Virus record (IMG/VR): IMGVR_UViG_3300043084_000165
Coordinates: 1 to 64,000 of that record
DNA: 64,000 nucleotides
Strand: one strand, 5' to 3'
DNA from: a virus
Lineage: Duplodnaviria > Caudoviricetes
In this document: positions 20,128 through 30,179 of the stretch, piece after piece
Layout of the letters: each line of letters begins with the position of its first letter
Numbering within the stretch: position 1 is the stretch's first letter
Notes under the pieces: generated by a model
What the model saw: only the letters and a program-made list of their open reading frames with translations
Database searches by the model: none
Told to the model about the DNA's origin: nothing
Position numbers and translations under genes: made by a program

Positions 20128-20262
20128 AATCTATAGATATATTTTTGTTTCTTTGATTTATCTTAATAATACTCTTACGAAACTTTTTGTAACTTTGGAC
20201 AAATCATAAAGCAAATGGCGATTTCTTATATATTATATCTATAAATCATACTTCAATTAAAC

Positions 20263-22053
20263 ATGAATATCCCTAACCTGGAAGAGCTTGACTCGCCAAA
20301 AAAGAAAGGAACTCTCTATATAAAGAAACATTATCCTGAATTTCATCAATACATTTTGGATACTTATCCACACATCAACAAGTTCAATGCTGGTATATAC
20401 TTATATTACCGCCACATGGATCATCCCAAGTGTCCAGTTTGTGGAGGTTATGTTCCATTCTTAGATGAGACCCGTGGCTTCCAACGATGCTGCTCAAGCA
20501 AATGTGCTAATTCTGACCCTGAGTTTCGTAAGCGGGTCACAGAAACATGTCTTCGCAAATACGGCACAAAGACCCCGACTGAGAATCCGGAGATCAAAAA
20601 GAAAGCTATGAGCACATATATAGCAAATAATGGAGGCATGGGTAACGCGTCACAGTCGGTTGCGGCCAAGCAGAAAACTACCATGATGGAGCGATATGGT
20701 GCTGAGCATGCACTGCAGTGTGGCCAATTTATCGATAAAGCAAAGACGGTGTTGACTGAACGCTATGGTGGTATGGGTACGGGGTCTAAAGATATAAGAT
20801 CGCGCATTGAAAAAACCAATGTAGAACGTTATGGTAGTAGGAGTTCGTTTGGTTCAAAAGAAGTCCGCGCCAAATCAATCAAAACCAATATTGAAAAGTA
20901 TGGGTGTGAAATTGCATCTCAAAACCCAGAGATAGCAGCCAAGGTATCCAAGGCCAAATCAAAGTCATTCATTGATTTACACTCTGATATAATCAAGATT
21001 GATAAAATTGGTGAAAATGTAATGTACACATGCGAATGTCCCCATCCAGGTTGTGACCGATGTGAGGAAAAAACTTATATAATCAACGCGCGTCGTTATT
21101 GTAACAGAAAACTTGAAGGGACTGAGATGTGTACTCACATTCTGCCAGTGATTCAGGGACGAATAAAAAATACTTATCCTGAGATATTTGTACGAGGTGT
21201 GTTAAGTGAAATCATGCCTGAGATTCAGTTATCATTCAACAATCGCACCCTGATAGAACCCCAAGAGGTGGACATCTATGACAGGGCTCATGGATTAGCA
21301 TTTGAATGTAATGGTTGTTATTGGCACTCAAAAAAGAGTCCATCTTATCACAAGCAAAAATTCTTACAATGTCAGCAAAAAGGCGTGCAGCTGATGACCA
21401 TATGGGAAGATTGGATAAAGACCAAACCTGAAATTGTACGATCGATCATTCGCGCAAAGTATCACCATTTCGACAGGACTATATATGGTCGCAAATGTGA
21501 ACTTAAACCGGTTCAGTCCAAAGATGCAGCTGTATTTTTAGAAGCAAATCATATACAGGGTCAGACACGGGCTAGCGTGCATTATGGTTTATATAACAAC
21601 AACGAGCTTGTTGCACTTGCATCCTTCTCAAAGATGCGTGGGTGTATGGGATCACAGACCTCACGTGAAGGCCAGTGGGAACTAGTACGTTTTTGTAATA
21701 CCCTGAACACGCAGGTTATTGGCGGTGCTGATAAGTTACTTAAGCATTTTATCAAAGACTATAACCCATCATCTATAGTATCGTTTAGCTCAAATGACAT
21801 TAGTGATGGTTCTCTTTATAAACGATTGGGGTTTGAAAAGGGATCTATGAATTCATCCTACTGGTATATAGGGCACAATTATCGCAGATATCACAGATCC
21901 AACTTCACCCGAGCAGCTATCATAAAACTAGGCCTTGCGCCTGACCGCGAGCAATGGACCGAGACAGAGGCTATGATGGAACACGGATTTGTTCAAATAT
22001 ATGACTCAGGACAAACCAAGTGGGTACTACAAATAAAAAGGGAAGACCAGTAA
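20263..22053 (+). CDS. free-standing homing-type endonuclease (Zn finger, RYG repeats, Vsr/PD-(D/E)xK nuclease, GNAT-like C-terminus), paralog 1
   Basis: CPVCG, repeated T..ERYG, EVDIY...AFECNGCYWH, FLEANHIQG, ELVRFC, YKRLGF, IYDSG..KW. Confidence 0.75.
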   Translation: MNIPNLEELDSPKKKGTLYIKKHYPEFHQYILDTYPHINKFNAGIYLYYRHMDHPKCPVCGGYVPFLDETRGFQRCCSSKCANSDPEFRKRVTETCLRKYGTKTPTENPEIKKKAMSTYIANNGGMGNASQSVAAKQKTTMMERYGAEHALQCGQFIDKAKTVLTERYGGMGTGSKDIRSRIEKTNVERYGSRSSFGSKEVRAKSIKTNIEKYGCEIASQNPEIAAKVSKAKSKSFIDLHSDIIKIDKIGENVMYTCECPHPGCDRCEEKTYIINARRYCNRKLEGTEMCTHILPVIQGRIKNTYPEIFVRGVLSEIMPEIQLSFNNRTLIEPQEVDIYDRAHGLAFECNGCYWHSKKSPSYHKQKFLQCQQKGVQLMTIWEDWIKTKPEIVRSIIRAKYHHFDRTIYGRKCELKPVQSKDAAVFLEANHIQGQTRASVHYGLYNNNELVALASFSKMRGCMGSQTSREGQWELVRFCNTLNTQVIGGADKLLKHFIKDYNPSSIVSFSSNDISDGSLYKRLGFEKGSMNSSYWYIGHNYRRYHRSNFTRAAIIKLGLAPDREQWTETEAMMEHGFVQIYDSGQTKWVLQIKREDQ

Positions 22054-22147
22054 GGTCTTCCCATTGTCCCCTTGTATTGCAGAAAAGATTAGCCTGATCG
22101 CGGCATGAGCGTTGGGACATTGGCTAATCACATATTTATAATACAAC

Positions 22148-23488
22148 CTACTTACCGAAATCTTCTGACTTGATGCGCACACATTTTGTCTGCATGTCTT
22201 TATACTTCAGGTCAAATCCGGTATTGTCAACAACAACCCATACTAGGTTCTTCATAGTGCGCGGATTGCGTTTATATTGATCCAGGTAACCATCGGTGAA
22301 GATCATCAGTAGCTCAGTCGGGATACGTGAATATTTCTTATCCTTGAGCAACATGTCAAAGACAGGCTTCACATCAGTACCGCCACCACCTTTGATGGTG
22401 TAGTTGTGCATGTCTTTTTTGAGCTGAGCCAGCGATGTAAACTCCTGCACATCAGCTACTCGAGTATCAAACTGCATGATAACAAGACGAATCGGTTTCT
22501 TTGCAAGAGCTACCTGATAAATCTCATTCAAACACTGCTCCAGGTACTTCTGTGTCATAGAACCCGAGGTATCAATAGCGGCTACCATATAACTCATGTT
22601 ATCATACTTGTCCTTGTCAGTACGCGCAATGCGGTCCTGTGAGATTAGGATGTTTTTATTTGCATAAGCTGAGCGTTTGTCATCGGGTGAGATACACTGC
22701 CCTACAATCTTTTTGAGCTCTTTTTTCCAGTCTTTGGTGGTTTTATATAGACCATCCAGACGCGCCTTGAGCTTCTCATAACCTTCACCCTTACCTTGCA
22801 TCTGCGATGCTGCGCGGAGCGCGCGTTCTTGCCATTCTTTTGCGACAGAATCCTCATTACCACCGTCAGCATCATAACCCTCAGACTTAGCAATCTTGTC
22901 ACCAGTCTGACGAGATATCATACCACCAGCAGCTCCAGGGGTCTTATCAAGCTCACCACCACTGGGCTGTGCACAGTCTTCGGGGCGAACAACTCCCTGA
23001 CCGGATTGCTTACCATTGCGGCTTCTGCCACTTGAACCACCTGAGCCTGAGCCCTGTGATTTACCTTGCTGGTTCTGATTACCCGAACCACCTGATCCGG
23101 ATCCACTCTGCTGATCGCCTTCCTGATCGTCCGGATCCACAGGGATACCTTCTAGTCCATCATCAGAACCTGCTCCTGCGCCGCCACCTTGTGACTTACC
23201 TTTATTCTTCATGGCCTTTTTGATGGCCTCGATGGCTGCTTTATAACCTTCATCCCAGTCCTTGCCTGCCCCGGCCGGTCTTTTGGTTGGACCCGTACCG
23301 TTAGATGTGGGTGCAGGACCAGCAGGCGCACCACCCTCGATTTCAGCAAGCTCCTTGTCAATCTCAGACACGTCTTTACCCTTTGCCAACCACTCCTTAC
23401 GTTTCTGTTTTAGAGCCGCGCGGCGCTTCTTCTGCTCCGGTGTAAGGTTCAATGAAGCTTCTGCTATATAATCTGAAAAACTTTGCAT
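22148..23488 (-). CDS. vWA-domain protein (DUF2201 C-terminal-like)
   Basis: MIDAS motifs DTSGS, GGGGT and FTDG; Gly/Ser/Gln-rich linker; N-terminus MQSFSDYIAEA. Confidence 0.85.
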   Translation of the reverse strand: MQSFSDYIAEASLNLTPEQKKRRAALKQKRKEWLAKGKDVSEIDKELAEIEGGAPAGPAPTSNGTGPTKRPAGAGKDWDEGYKAAIEAIKKAMKNKGKSQGGGAGAGSDDGLEGIPVDPDDQEGDQQSGSGSGGSGNQNQQGKSQGSGSGGSSGRSRNGKQSGQGVVRPEDCAQPSGGELDKTPGAAGGMISRQTGDKIAKSEGYDADGGNEDSVAKEWQERALRAASQMQGKGEGYEKLKARLDGLYKTTKDWKKELKKIVGQCISPDDKRSAYANKNILISQDRIARTDKDKYDNMSYMVAAIDTSGSMTQKYLEQCLNEIYQVALAKKPIRLVIMQFDTRVADVQEFTSLAQLKKDMHNYTIKGGGGTDVKPVFDMLLKDKKYSRIPTELLMIFTDGYLDQYKRNPRTMKNLVWVVVDNTGFDLKYKDMQTKCVRIKSEDFGK

Positions 23489-23493
23489 ATTTC

Positions 23494-24213
23494 TTATTTT
23501 ATTTTTCCAGCCTTGTAGTCAGCAATTGCCTGAGCCCAACCGGCCTTGTAGTCAGCTGAATATTCAGGTTTATTATCACCACCTGAGCCTGAGCCCTGGC
23601 CATTATCACCATCTCCATCTTCACCGTCCTGGTTCTGCTGAGCCTGTTTGGCCTGATCATCATTACTCATGTCATCACTGGAACCCGAGTTGCAAATGTC
23701 ATAAATCTTTTCAAAGCCCATGTCCTTGAATTTCATGTCGATATAGGCTTTGAGATTTTTCACCGTGGACTCTTTGAATAAGCCAATGGATACAAGTGTG
23801 GTGTTCACCTCATAGTCTGCTGCGATGTTTGACTTAGTATGGTCACGGCCTTGTTCGCGGCGTAGGTGGTTCATCAGACAGTGCATGAGCTCATGGGCCA
23901 TTACGAAACACTTACCAGTGAAATCCAGGTTGGCCGTAAACTGCGGGTTTACAAAGATGTTGAAGCCATCAGTTGCCTGAGAAAAAACCTTAAACGTGTA
24001 AATGTATCTTAGCTTACTAATAAATCCACCAAACATCGGGGCAAGGTGGGTGAGCGCGGCCATAGCTTTGTATTGCTGGTCAATCAAATCCACCATGTCG
24101 ATTATCTGACCATCCGGACACACTATGGTTTCATAGTCTTCCCATTTCTTACCGTTAGCATCCTCATCCCAACCGGATTCCAATACCTGTTTTACTATCT
24201 TGTTATCTTCCAT
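23494..24213 (-). CDS. HExxH metallopeptidase-like protein (DUF2201 N-terminal-like)
   Basis: ATDG..I.VNP.F, AHELMH, NIAADYEVN; ATG at 24213. Confidence 0.85.
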   Translation of the reverse strand: MEDNKIVKQVLESGWDEDANGKKWEDYETIVCPDGQIIDMVDLIDQQYKAMAALTHLAPMFGGFISKLRYIYTFKVFSQATDGFNIFVNPQFTANLDFTGKCFVMAHELMHCLMNHLRREQGRDHTKSNIAADYEVNTTLVSIGLFKESTVKNLKAYIDMKFKDMGFEKIYDICNSGSSDDMSNDDQAKQAQQNQDGEDGDGDNGQGSGSGGDNKPEYSADYKAGWAQAIADYKAGKIK

Positions 24214-24230
24214 ATTTCTTGTATGTTGTG

Positions 24231-24261
24231 AATATATAACAATAATATGCGAATAATTTAG
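24231..24261 (-). promoter_or_regulatory. phage promoter motif
   Basis: Upstream of the metallopeptidase gene, same spacing. Confidence 0.72.
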
Positions 24262-24295
24262 TACGACATCAACAAAATGGTCGTTATACCAATCA

Positions 24296-24380
24296 TTTTC
24301 CTGCGCTCTAATCGCTTCAAATAAAAAAGGCGAAGACTTATATAGCCTTCGCCGAGATCGCGCAGTATAGCGCAAATATG
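24296..24380. repeat. dispersed palindromic intergenic repeat, copy C
   Basis: GCGCTCTAATCGCTTCAAATAAAAAAGGCGAAGACTTATA...CTTCGCCGAGATCGCGCAGTATAGCGCAAATA. Confidence 0.8.
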
Positions 24381-24383
24381 ACG

Positions 24384-25091
24384 TTAATCAATCTTATCAA
24401 CTATAACACGATCAATGTTGTTGAGCTTCTTAAATGTTCCGTTTGCATCATCTACATAGTTATTAGTCATGGCTGGGTCATCAAATGATCCCACCATTAC
24501 TGTGTTGAGATGGCATTCTTTTGCATGAATGCCAAGCTTATCAGTGAAGACCTGAATCCAGGGGCGATGGTTACGAGTGGACAAAGTCACTGTGCCGATT
24601 TTAGCATTAGGGAACTTGATTTTGCAAGGTACGTTTTCTGCGCCACCAGGAACAGACCATCTGCCGAACTTATAAGGTCTCTGTATCTTTACATCATTAT
24701 GTGATGAGTCGCTGGTGAATACTTCAAGTCTGTCAAATGGGATTCGTTTATAGAATGCATCAAGATCGACAGAGTCCTGGGCGCATGCACGAACGAGCAC
24801 GTCCTTAGGTAGGCTTGAGCCGCGCGACATCAGTTTTTCTATGTCATCTTCATCCCAACTGCCATCGGTTTGGATAGCAACTACTTTAGAGAAGTCAAAT
24901 TTTGCATCGGCAGGACATTCACTATAAATGCTCTTTGATGATTCAGTGAATACTAGCGCAGTACAGTAAATAGTGCCGGCTTTAGCTGTTGCATAGGTAC
25001 CCATCCAAGCGCTCCCATACTGTTTATATTTACGACAATATGCTGAGATCTCTTTGGCACCTTCAGTGAGATATTGGTAGAGCGAAATCAT
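24384..25091 (-). CDS. hypothetical protein with capsid-targeting-like N-terminus
   Basis: Starts MISLYQYLTEG. Confidence 0.7.
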   Translation of the reverse strand: MISLYQYLTEGAKEISAYCRKYKQYGSAWMGTYATAKAGTIYCTALVFTESSKSIYSECPADAKFDFSKVVAIQTDGSWDEDDIEKLMSRGSSLPKDVLVRACAQDSVDLDAFYKRIPFDRLEVFTSDSSHNDVKIQRPYKFGRWSVPGGAENVPCKIKFPNAKIGTVTLSTRNHRPWIQVFTDKLGIHAKECHLNTVMVGSFDDPAMTNNYVDDANGTFKKLNNIDRVIVDKID

Positions 25092-25651
25092 TTAATATAC
25101 TTAGCATATTTAGGAGCAATATCTATCATGACTTTATCACCATCGCTCATTTCCCATTTTCGTGGATTGATAGCCCACTTGAATCGTTGAGCATATGCTA
25201 TGATGTCCTCAACAGGTGTGGGTGACGTGAAATTGTCCAGTCGGATTCGTCCGTTGCGTTTGAATACTATAAAAGTCTCATCGCAACTATGCCGGTCGCC
25301 ACAGGATATGTTCAAGTCTGTAAACATCTTGTCCAGGTCTTCCCATATCACCCTGAGATTCTTTAACATGGTAATAGTGTCATCCGAAGGCACACCCCAA
25401 ACTCCGCGCATGCTTGCGATGCGGCTGGCGAGTTGAGCCTTGAGATCGTTTGAAAGTTTATCCGAACCGCAATTCTGTTCCATGCAGGCTAGTACAGCAT
25501 CTGAGAAATTCTTGAGCGGTATTGCGCTGATGTGGTAGTATGCATCAAACCAGGCCTTGAATTGTTGGTTCTTGAGGTTTGGCATTTCCACACCCAGGTC
25601 CTCATTATCTATATCTAATATGCCTTCAAAAAGGTGTTGTAGAGAGTTCAT
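25088..25651 (-). CDS. hypothetical protein with capsid-targeting-like N-terminus
   Basis: Starts MNSLQHLFEGILD. Confidence 0.7.
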   Translation of the reverse strand: MNSLQHLFEGILDIDNEDLGVEMPNLKNQQFKAWFDAYYHISAIPLKNFSDAVLACMEQNCGSDKLSNDLKAQLASRIASMRGVWGVPSDDTITMLKNLRVIWEDLDKMFTDLNISCGDRHSCDETFIVFKRNGRIRLDNFTSPTPVEDIIAYAQRFKWAINPRKWEMSDGDKVMIDIAPKYAKYIK

Positions 25652-25667
25652 GCGTTAAGATTATATA

Positions 25668-27395
25668 TCAATTATAATTGCGAATCCATTTTGTTGTGCC
25701 TGTATCATATATTCTAAAATATGGCTTTGTGTCCATAACTTCATACTCAGTACCGTCACAGCTTCCATATTTTTTTACAATGGCTTGTTTAGTAAAACTA
25801 CTTCTGTGATAACGCACAAATGTATTATGTTCTATGTACCAATATGATGACTGAATGCCTGGGACTTTTTCAAAACCCAAAACTTTATACATATTTCCGT
25901 CACTAATGTCATTTGAACTGAATGATACTATAGTTGTGGGTGAATAGTCTTTTACAAATCTCTTTAATAATTTACTCGCTCCCCCGATGATATGAACGTT
26001 CATTAACGAACAAAATCTCGTCAATTCCCACTCCCCCGTTGATGATCGATTTACAATACCCTTTCGTTGACCAAAACTCATAACAGAAACTAGTATATCC
26101 TGTTTATATAACCCAATATATACTGCAGATCTACATGGACCTTGTATGTGATTTTGCGCCAGAAACTTATTTGCAACCCGGCTTGTTATATATTTTACCT
26201 GACATTTTCGCGCATATATAGAGGGGGTGCTGTGGGATAATTTTGTCACCAACATAGATTTGATCAGCTCAGGATTATGTCTATACCAATCCTCCCATAT
26301 TGTGATCAATCGAATCCCATTTTCCAAGCATCTTTTATATTTATCCACATGATACTGTCGCGGTTTTGAATATTTGAAATGGAAATTAGTTTGATGCCAA
26401 TAGCACCCATTACATTCGATGGCTATATTCAATGATGGGATGTATATATCAAGTTCTTGTCCTTGCAATATTGTTCTATCATTTGTTTGATAGGATATTT
26501 CAAGATCATCCAAAATGTCTCTTATAAAAAGTTCCATAGAAGAATATGGAGTGCTTTGAATGGGGAGGAGATTTGTGCACAATTCTCCTCCGGTTTTTAG
26601 ACGACTTCTATATATTTGAGTTTGTGTTATATATTGTTTTTGTTGACATTTGTTGCAATTTGGATGAGGACACTTACATATCCAATCACCATCGGGGGTA
26701 TAACCTATTAAAAACTCGTGTTCATCTACAACATGTGATTGAAATTTGAGTTTATTGTTCATCTTAAATTTATCTGTGGCAAATATATTAGTTTTGCCAT
26801 AATGGTCTAAAAATGTTTTATTTTTTCTTTCCTGGATGATTGTTAATTTAGACACATTATCTACACCATAACGTTCAAGACATGTATTGCGTGCAGCTTC
26901 TCTGTTGTTATAATTTACATCTCCATAACGTTCAAGACACGTTTGTTTGCCCTTTTGTCTTATGGATTTTACCTTAAGTGTGCTATCTACGCCATAACGC
27001 CCAAGACATGTTTGTTTGGATTTTTCAGGGTTGTTATAATTTACATCCCCATAACGTTTCAACTTAGTCTGCTTTACCTTCCGTATTATCTCTTCATTGG
27101 TGTAATTAGAGCGTCTTGTTTGTAATGCTTTATCATGTGTGGCTAATGAGCTACAACGAACTGAACAGTATTCGCGAAATCCATTGGTGAAATCTATGAA
27201 TTTGGGTTCAGCCCCACACAGCGGGCATGGTTTAGGCCCACCTATTAAATCTCTATATAATTTTTCCGAGAATTTTGATCCAGTTTGATATTTTTGTTCA
27301 AGGTACTCAAAATACTCAGGAAATGCCTTCTGAATATGCAATCTCCCAAGTCTATTTACATTTTCTCTGAGATAATCTATATTTGGTTTGTCCAT
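25668..27395 (-). CDS. free-standing homing-type endonuclease, paralog 2
   Basis: Same architecture as paralog 1 (CPLCG, TCLERYG repeats, ELDIYIP...IECNGCYWH, NHIQG, ELTRFC); noticeably AT-rich. Confidence 0.75.
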   Translation of the reverse strand: MDKPNIDYLRENVNRLGRLHIQKAFPEYFEYLEQKYQTGSKFSEKLYRDLIGGPKPCPLCGAEPKFIDFTNGFREYCSVRCSSLATHDKALQTRRSNYTNEEIIRKVKQTKLKRYGDVNYNNPEKSKQTCLGRYGVDSTLKVKSIRQKGKQTCLERYGDVNYNNREAARNTCLERYGVDNVSKLTIIQERKNKTFLDHYGKTNIFATDKFKMNNKLKFQSHVVDEHEFLIGYTPDGDWICKCPHPNCNKCQQKQYITQTQIYRSRLKTGGELCTNLLPIQSTPYSSMELFIRDILDDLEISYQTNDRTILQGQELDIYIPSLNIAIECNGCYWHQTNFHFKYSKPRQYHVDKYKRCLENGIRLITIWEDWYRHNPELIKSMLVTKLSHSTPSIYARKCQVKYITSRVANKFLAQNHIQGPCRSAVYIGLYKQDILVSVMSFGQRKGIVNRSSTGEWELTRFCSLMNVHIIGGASKLLKRFVKDYSPTTIVSFSSNDISDGNMYKVLGFEKVPGIQSSYWYIEHNTFVRYHRSSFTKQAIVKKYGSCDGTEYEVMDTKPYFRIYDTGTTKWIRNYN

Positions 27396-27511
27396 AAAAA
27401 AAGAGAAGAACTATTGCTCTCCTCTTTAATAATATTCATTTGGGGTGTGAAATTTAATGATGCGCTGGTTGATGTGCCCTTTCAAATCAGTTGTGTATCA
27501 ATCAATTAGGA

Positions 27512-29335
27512 TTACCCCAATCCTTCTACACCGTCGACGAGAGCCTGGCTGAAGGCCGCCCCATACGCTTTAGCAAGCATCTGATGACCTACCGAATAGT
27601 CTGGCATAGTGTCAAGCGTGAATCCCCACTTGTCCGTGAACGGTTTGTATGCGTCACGATACATATCTGCTTTGACTGGATCCTGAGCTGCGAGAACCTT
27701 GATCTTCTTAGTCATGATGAACATACCAGGACGTGTCTTCTCAGGCAACATGCCTGCAAATACGTTCTGAAGAATGTCCAAGATATAAGAGGCCAACTGA
27801 TCTGAGTTCTGAGCCACCATCCAGGTGCAGAGGTTCTCAAACTCCTTCTGATCCGGATAGCTCTGTGAGTGTGCTGAAACGACCAACTGTGAAATTGGCA
27901 GTGCTACCATCTGCAGGTCTTTCTTTGCGAGCTTGAAGTTCTTACCACCGTTCTTCCAAATGTCCTTGACTGCTGCATCAAAGTTACCCACCTTAGAGAT
28001 AACATCCAAGAAAGCAATGAATGAATCTACTGCCTGAGCCGGAACATACTGGTTAAGTGTGCGCTGAAGAATACGGCGTGGAATATCAAACAGGGTGAAG
28101 CCCTCAAGAGCACCTGTCTCTGAATAAGTTGCAAGCTTGCGCATAGCATTAGTCCAAGAACGTGGCGTACACATTACCTTTGTTACACCAGCACCTTCCA
28201 TATCCTCGTTCGGGTCCATATAGAAGTACTTACCGCCTGACATATTCTCATGCTCAGGCATTGCGAGCCACTGGAGAAGGAGTGGTGACATATAGTTTTG
28301 TGTCTTAGCCCACTGCATCCAAGTCTTAACTGTTGGTTCGTAGTAAAGCTGGCTGAAGCGGTTTGACAGTGCATTACCGATATCAGACTGGCCAGCCATT
28401 TCGTCCTCGGCGCGGTTGGATGCGCAAATAATCACCCAACCTGAGCCCAAGTGATAACCGTTAAAGATACCTTCATTGATAAGAGGGAGCATTACGTTGA
28501 GTACCTGTGGAGTGGCACGAGAGAGCTCATCAATAAACAACAGCCCCTTACCACATGCATCATCCAAGATCTGATCCTGGTTGCGATCTCCGGTTGGCTT
28601 ATATACAGGAAGCCAAGTCTTAGGAACATCTGTTGCCTTTTCCTGACCATCAACTTCCACATACTTAGGAAGCGTAAAGTTGTCTGGGGTCTCATTAGAA
28701 AGAGTCTTTACAATGAGGTTGTACTCATTGCCGTTTGGAAGTGAGTTGAGCACTGACATCAGGATAGCGGTTTTACCAATACCTGGGGCACCCCAGATCA
28801 TCAGACGAGCGAGATCCTTGTGTTTGAAGCACAAGGCAATTTCTTCCTTGAGCTCATCAGTGTCAACAACATTATATTTTGCTTCGGGGTCTTCTGTGTG
28901 CATCTTTACCTCGTTTACATTTGCGGTTTGGTCTTCAGTAGCCTCGTTGATCTTCTGCCAGTACTGAAGTGAGTTGCCTGAACCGTACAGTTTCTTTGCT
29001 TCGGCCGGTTTGGTGCTGAGTCCTACGATGCGGCGGCCTGCACCTGACATTACCACGAGTGTAGATGCTTTGTTAATAGCCCCATCCTTGTAAGCCTGAC
29101 CTGCGGTCAACGGAGAGATGGCGTTCTGAACATTACCGTTGTCATCCACTGGGCACCAGTAAGAACCTGTGAGTTTCGCAACGATACCAGTCAGGAAGCT
29201 TACAACCTGCTTGAACTTACGCTTGAGAGTATTGAGAATGTCCTTGAGACCCTCATCAATATGCTCCTCACGCTGATCATCGATGAAGTCAACAAGACTT
29301 TGGACCCCGAGAAGCGATTCTTGAATATCTTTCAT
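27512..29335 (-). CDS. MoxR-like AAA+ ATPase
   Basis: Walker A GAPGIGKT, Walker B LFIDE, sensor ASN, Arg finger NRF, TPRSW; likely ATG at 29335. Confidence 0.88.
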   Translation of the reverse strand: MKDIQESLLGVQSLVDFIDDQREEHIDEGLKDILNTLKRKFKQVVSFLTGIVAKLTGSYWCPVDDNGNVQNAISPLTAGQAYKDGAINKASTLVVMSGAGRRIVGLSTKPAEAKKLYGSGNSLQYWQKINEATEDQTANVNEVKMHTEDPEAKYNVVDTDELKEEIALCFKHKDLARLMIWGAPGIGKTAILMSVLNSLPNGNEYNLIVKTLSNETPDNFTLPKYVEVDGQEKATDVPKTWLPVYKPTGDRNQDQILDDACGKGLLFIDELSRATPQVLNVMLPLINEGIFNGYHLGSGWVIICASNRAEDEMAGQSDIGNALSNRFSQLYYEPTVKTWMQWAKTQNYMSPLLLQWLAMPEHENMSGGKYFYMDPNEDMEGAGVTKVMCTPRSWTNAMRKLATYSETGALEGFTLFDIPRRILQRTLNQYVPAQAVDSFIAFLDVISKVGNFDAAVKDIWKNGGKNFKLAKKDLQMVALPISQLVVSAHSQSYPDQKEFENLCTWMVAQNSDQLASYILDILQNVFAGMLPEKTRPGMFIMTKKIKVLAAQDPVKADMYRDAYKPFTDKWGFTLDTMPDYSVGHQMLAKAYGAAFSQALVDGVEGLG

Positions 29336-29430
29336 TTGTAGTTTATCATATATGATTTCTTCTATAATAAAAACAGTCATATCTTTGTGTGGGTAACAAT
29401 ACAGGATATTTCGTATATACTTACTACAAG

Positions 29431-29505
29431 CGTCACGTGACAGTGACAATAAATCTTATATATAAAGAAAAATATTGTCACTGGTGACGATAGTTATGGT
29501 GACGA
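29431..29505. promoter_or_regulatory. GTGAC-rich inverted/direct repeat cluster at a divergent junction
   Basis: GTCACGTGAC palindrome, CAGTGACAATA/TATTGTCACTG inverted repeat around an AT-rich core, and two GGTGACGA direct repeats. Confidence 0.55.
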
Positions 29506-29526
29506 AAAAGATAACTAGTTGATTAT

Positions 29527-30096
29527 ATGTCAGTTATAATGGGTCTTGACCCTTCAATGCGGTCAACCGGCGTGACGGTGTGGGACAGTGACACCAAGTG
29601 TCACAAGTACTATGTGGTTGCGGCACACCCCACCAAGAAATTGTTGAAGTTTGTACATCCGCAATTTTCAGTACTGCCTTATGAACCAGTTCCTGTGAAG
29701 GATAAAACATCAATAGGCAAGGAGGATGCTATCACTTCTAATATAGAGATGGTTTGTAATCTGTGTAAGAAAATTATGTTAGCACATCAGCCTGAGTACA
29801 TAGTGATCGAATCCTGTGCGTTTGGAGCGGCTGGCCGCGTGGCTGACCTTTCCGGACTAAATCACTGTTTGAGACTCACTGCGCGATCACTTAATATTCC
29901 CATATATGCAGTACCACCCACTACCAATAAAATGGAATTCACGGGTAACGGACAGGCCACCAAGGAAATGATGGTGGAATCCTGGAAAGCATGTGACCCG
30001 GTGGCCGTGGAGCTTTGCGGGCTGCATAAATTGGATGATATTGCCGATTCTTACGCTCTCTGTCATTTTCCTAAAAGCAGACTTGTCCTGGCCTAA
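29527..30096 (+). CDS. ruvC: RuvC-like Holliday junction resolvase
   Basis: MGLDPS...TG, IVIE, K...TGNG.ATKE.M, DDIADS. Confidence 0.82.
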   Translation: MSVIMGLDPSMRSTGVTVWDSDTKCHKYYVVAAHPTKKLLKFVHPQFSVLPYEPVPVKDKTSIGKEDAITSNIEMVCNLCKKIMLAHQPEYIVIESCAFGAAGRVADLSGLNHCLRLTARSLNIPIYAVPPTTNKMEFTGNGQATKEMMVESWKACDPVAVELCGLHKLDDIADSYALCHFPKSRLVLA

Positions 30097-30179
30097 AATC
30101 CGGATCCAATCTCATTCTGAAGCTGTATTTTTAATATAGATAAATATAAATGAGAAGTCTTTCTCTAACCAATTTATAA

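Noticed and set aside
24214-24375. N-terminal extension of the metallopeptidase ORF
   Set aside because: It runs through the dispersed repeat and promoter motif; the ATG at 24213 fits better
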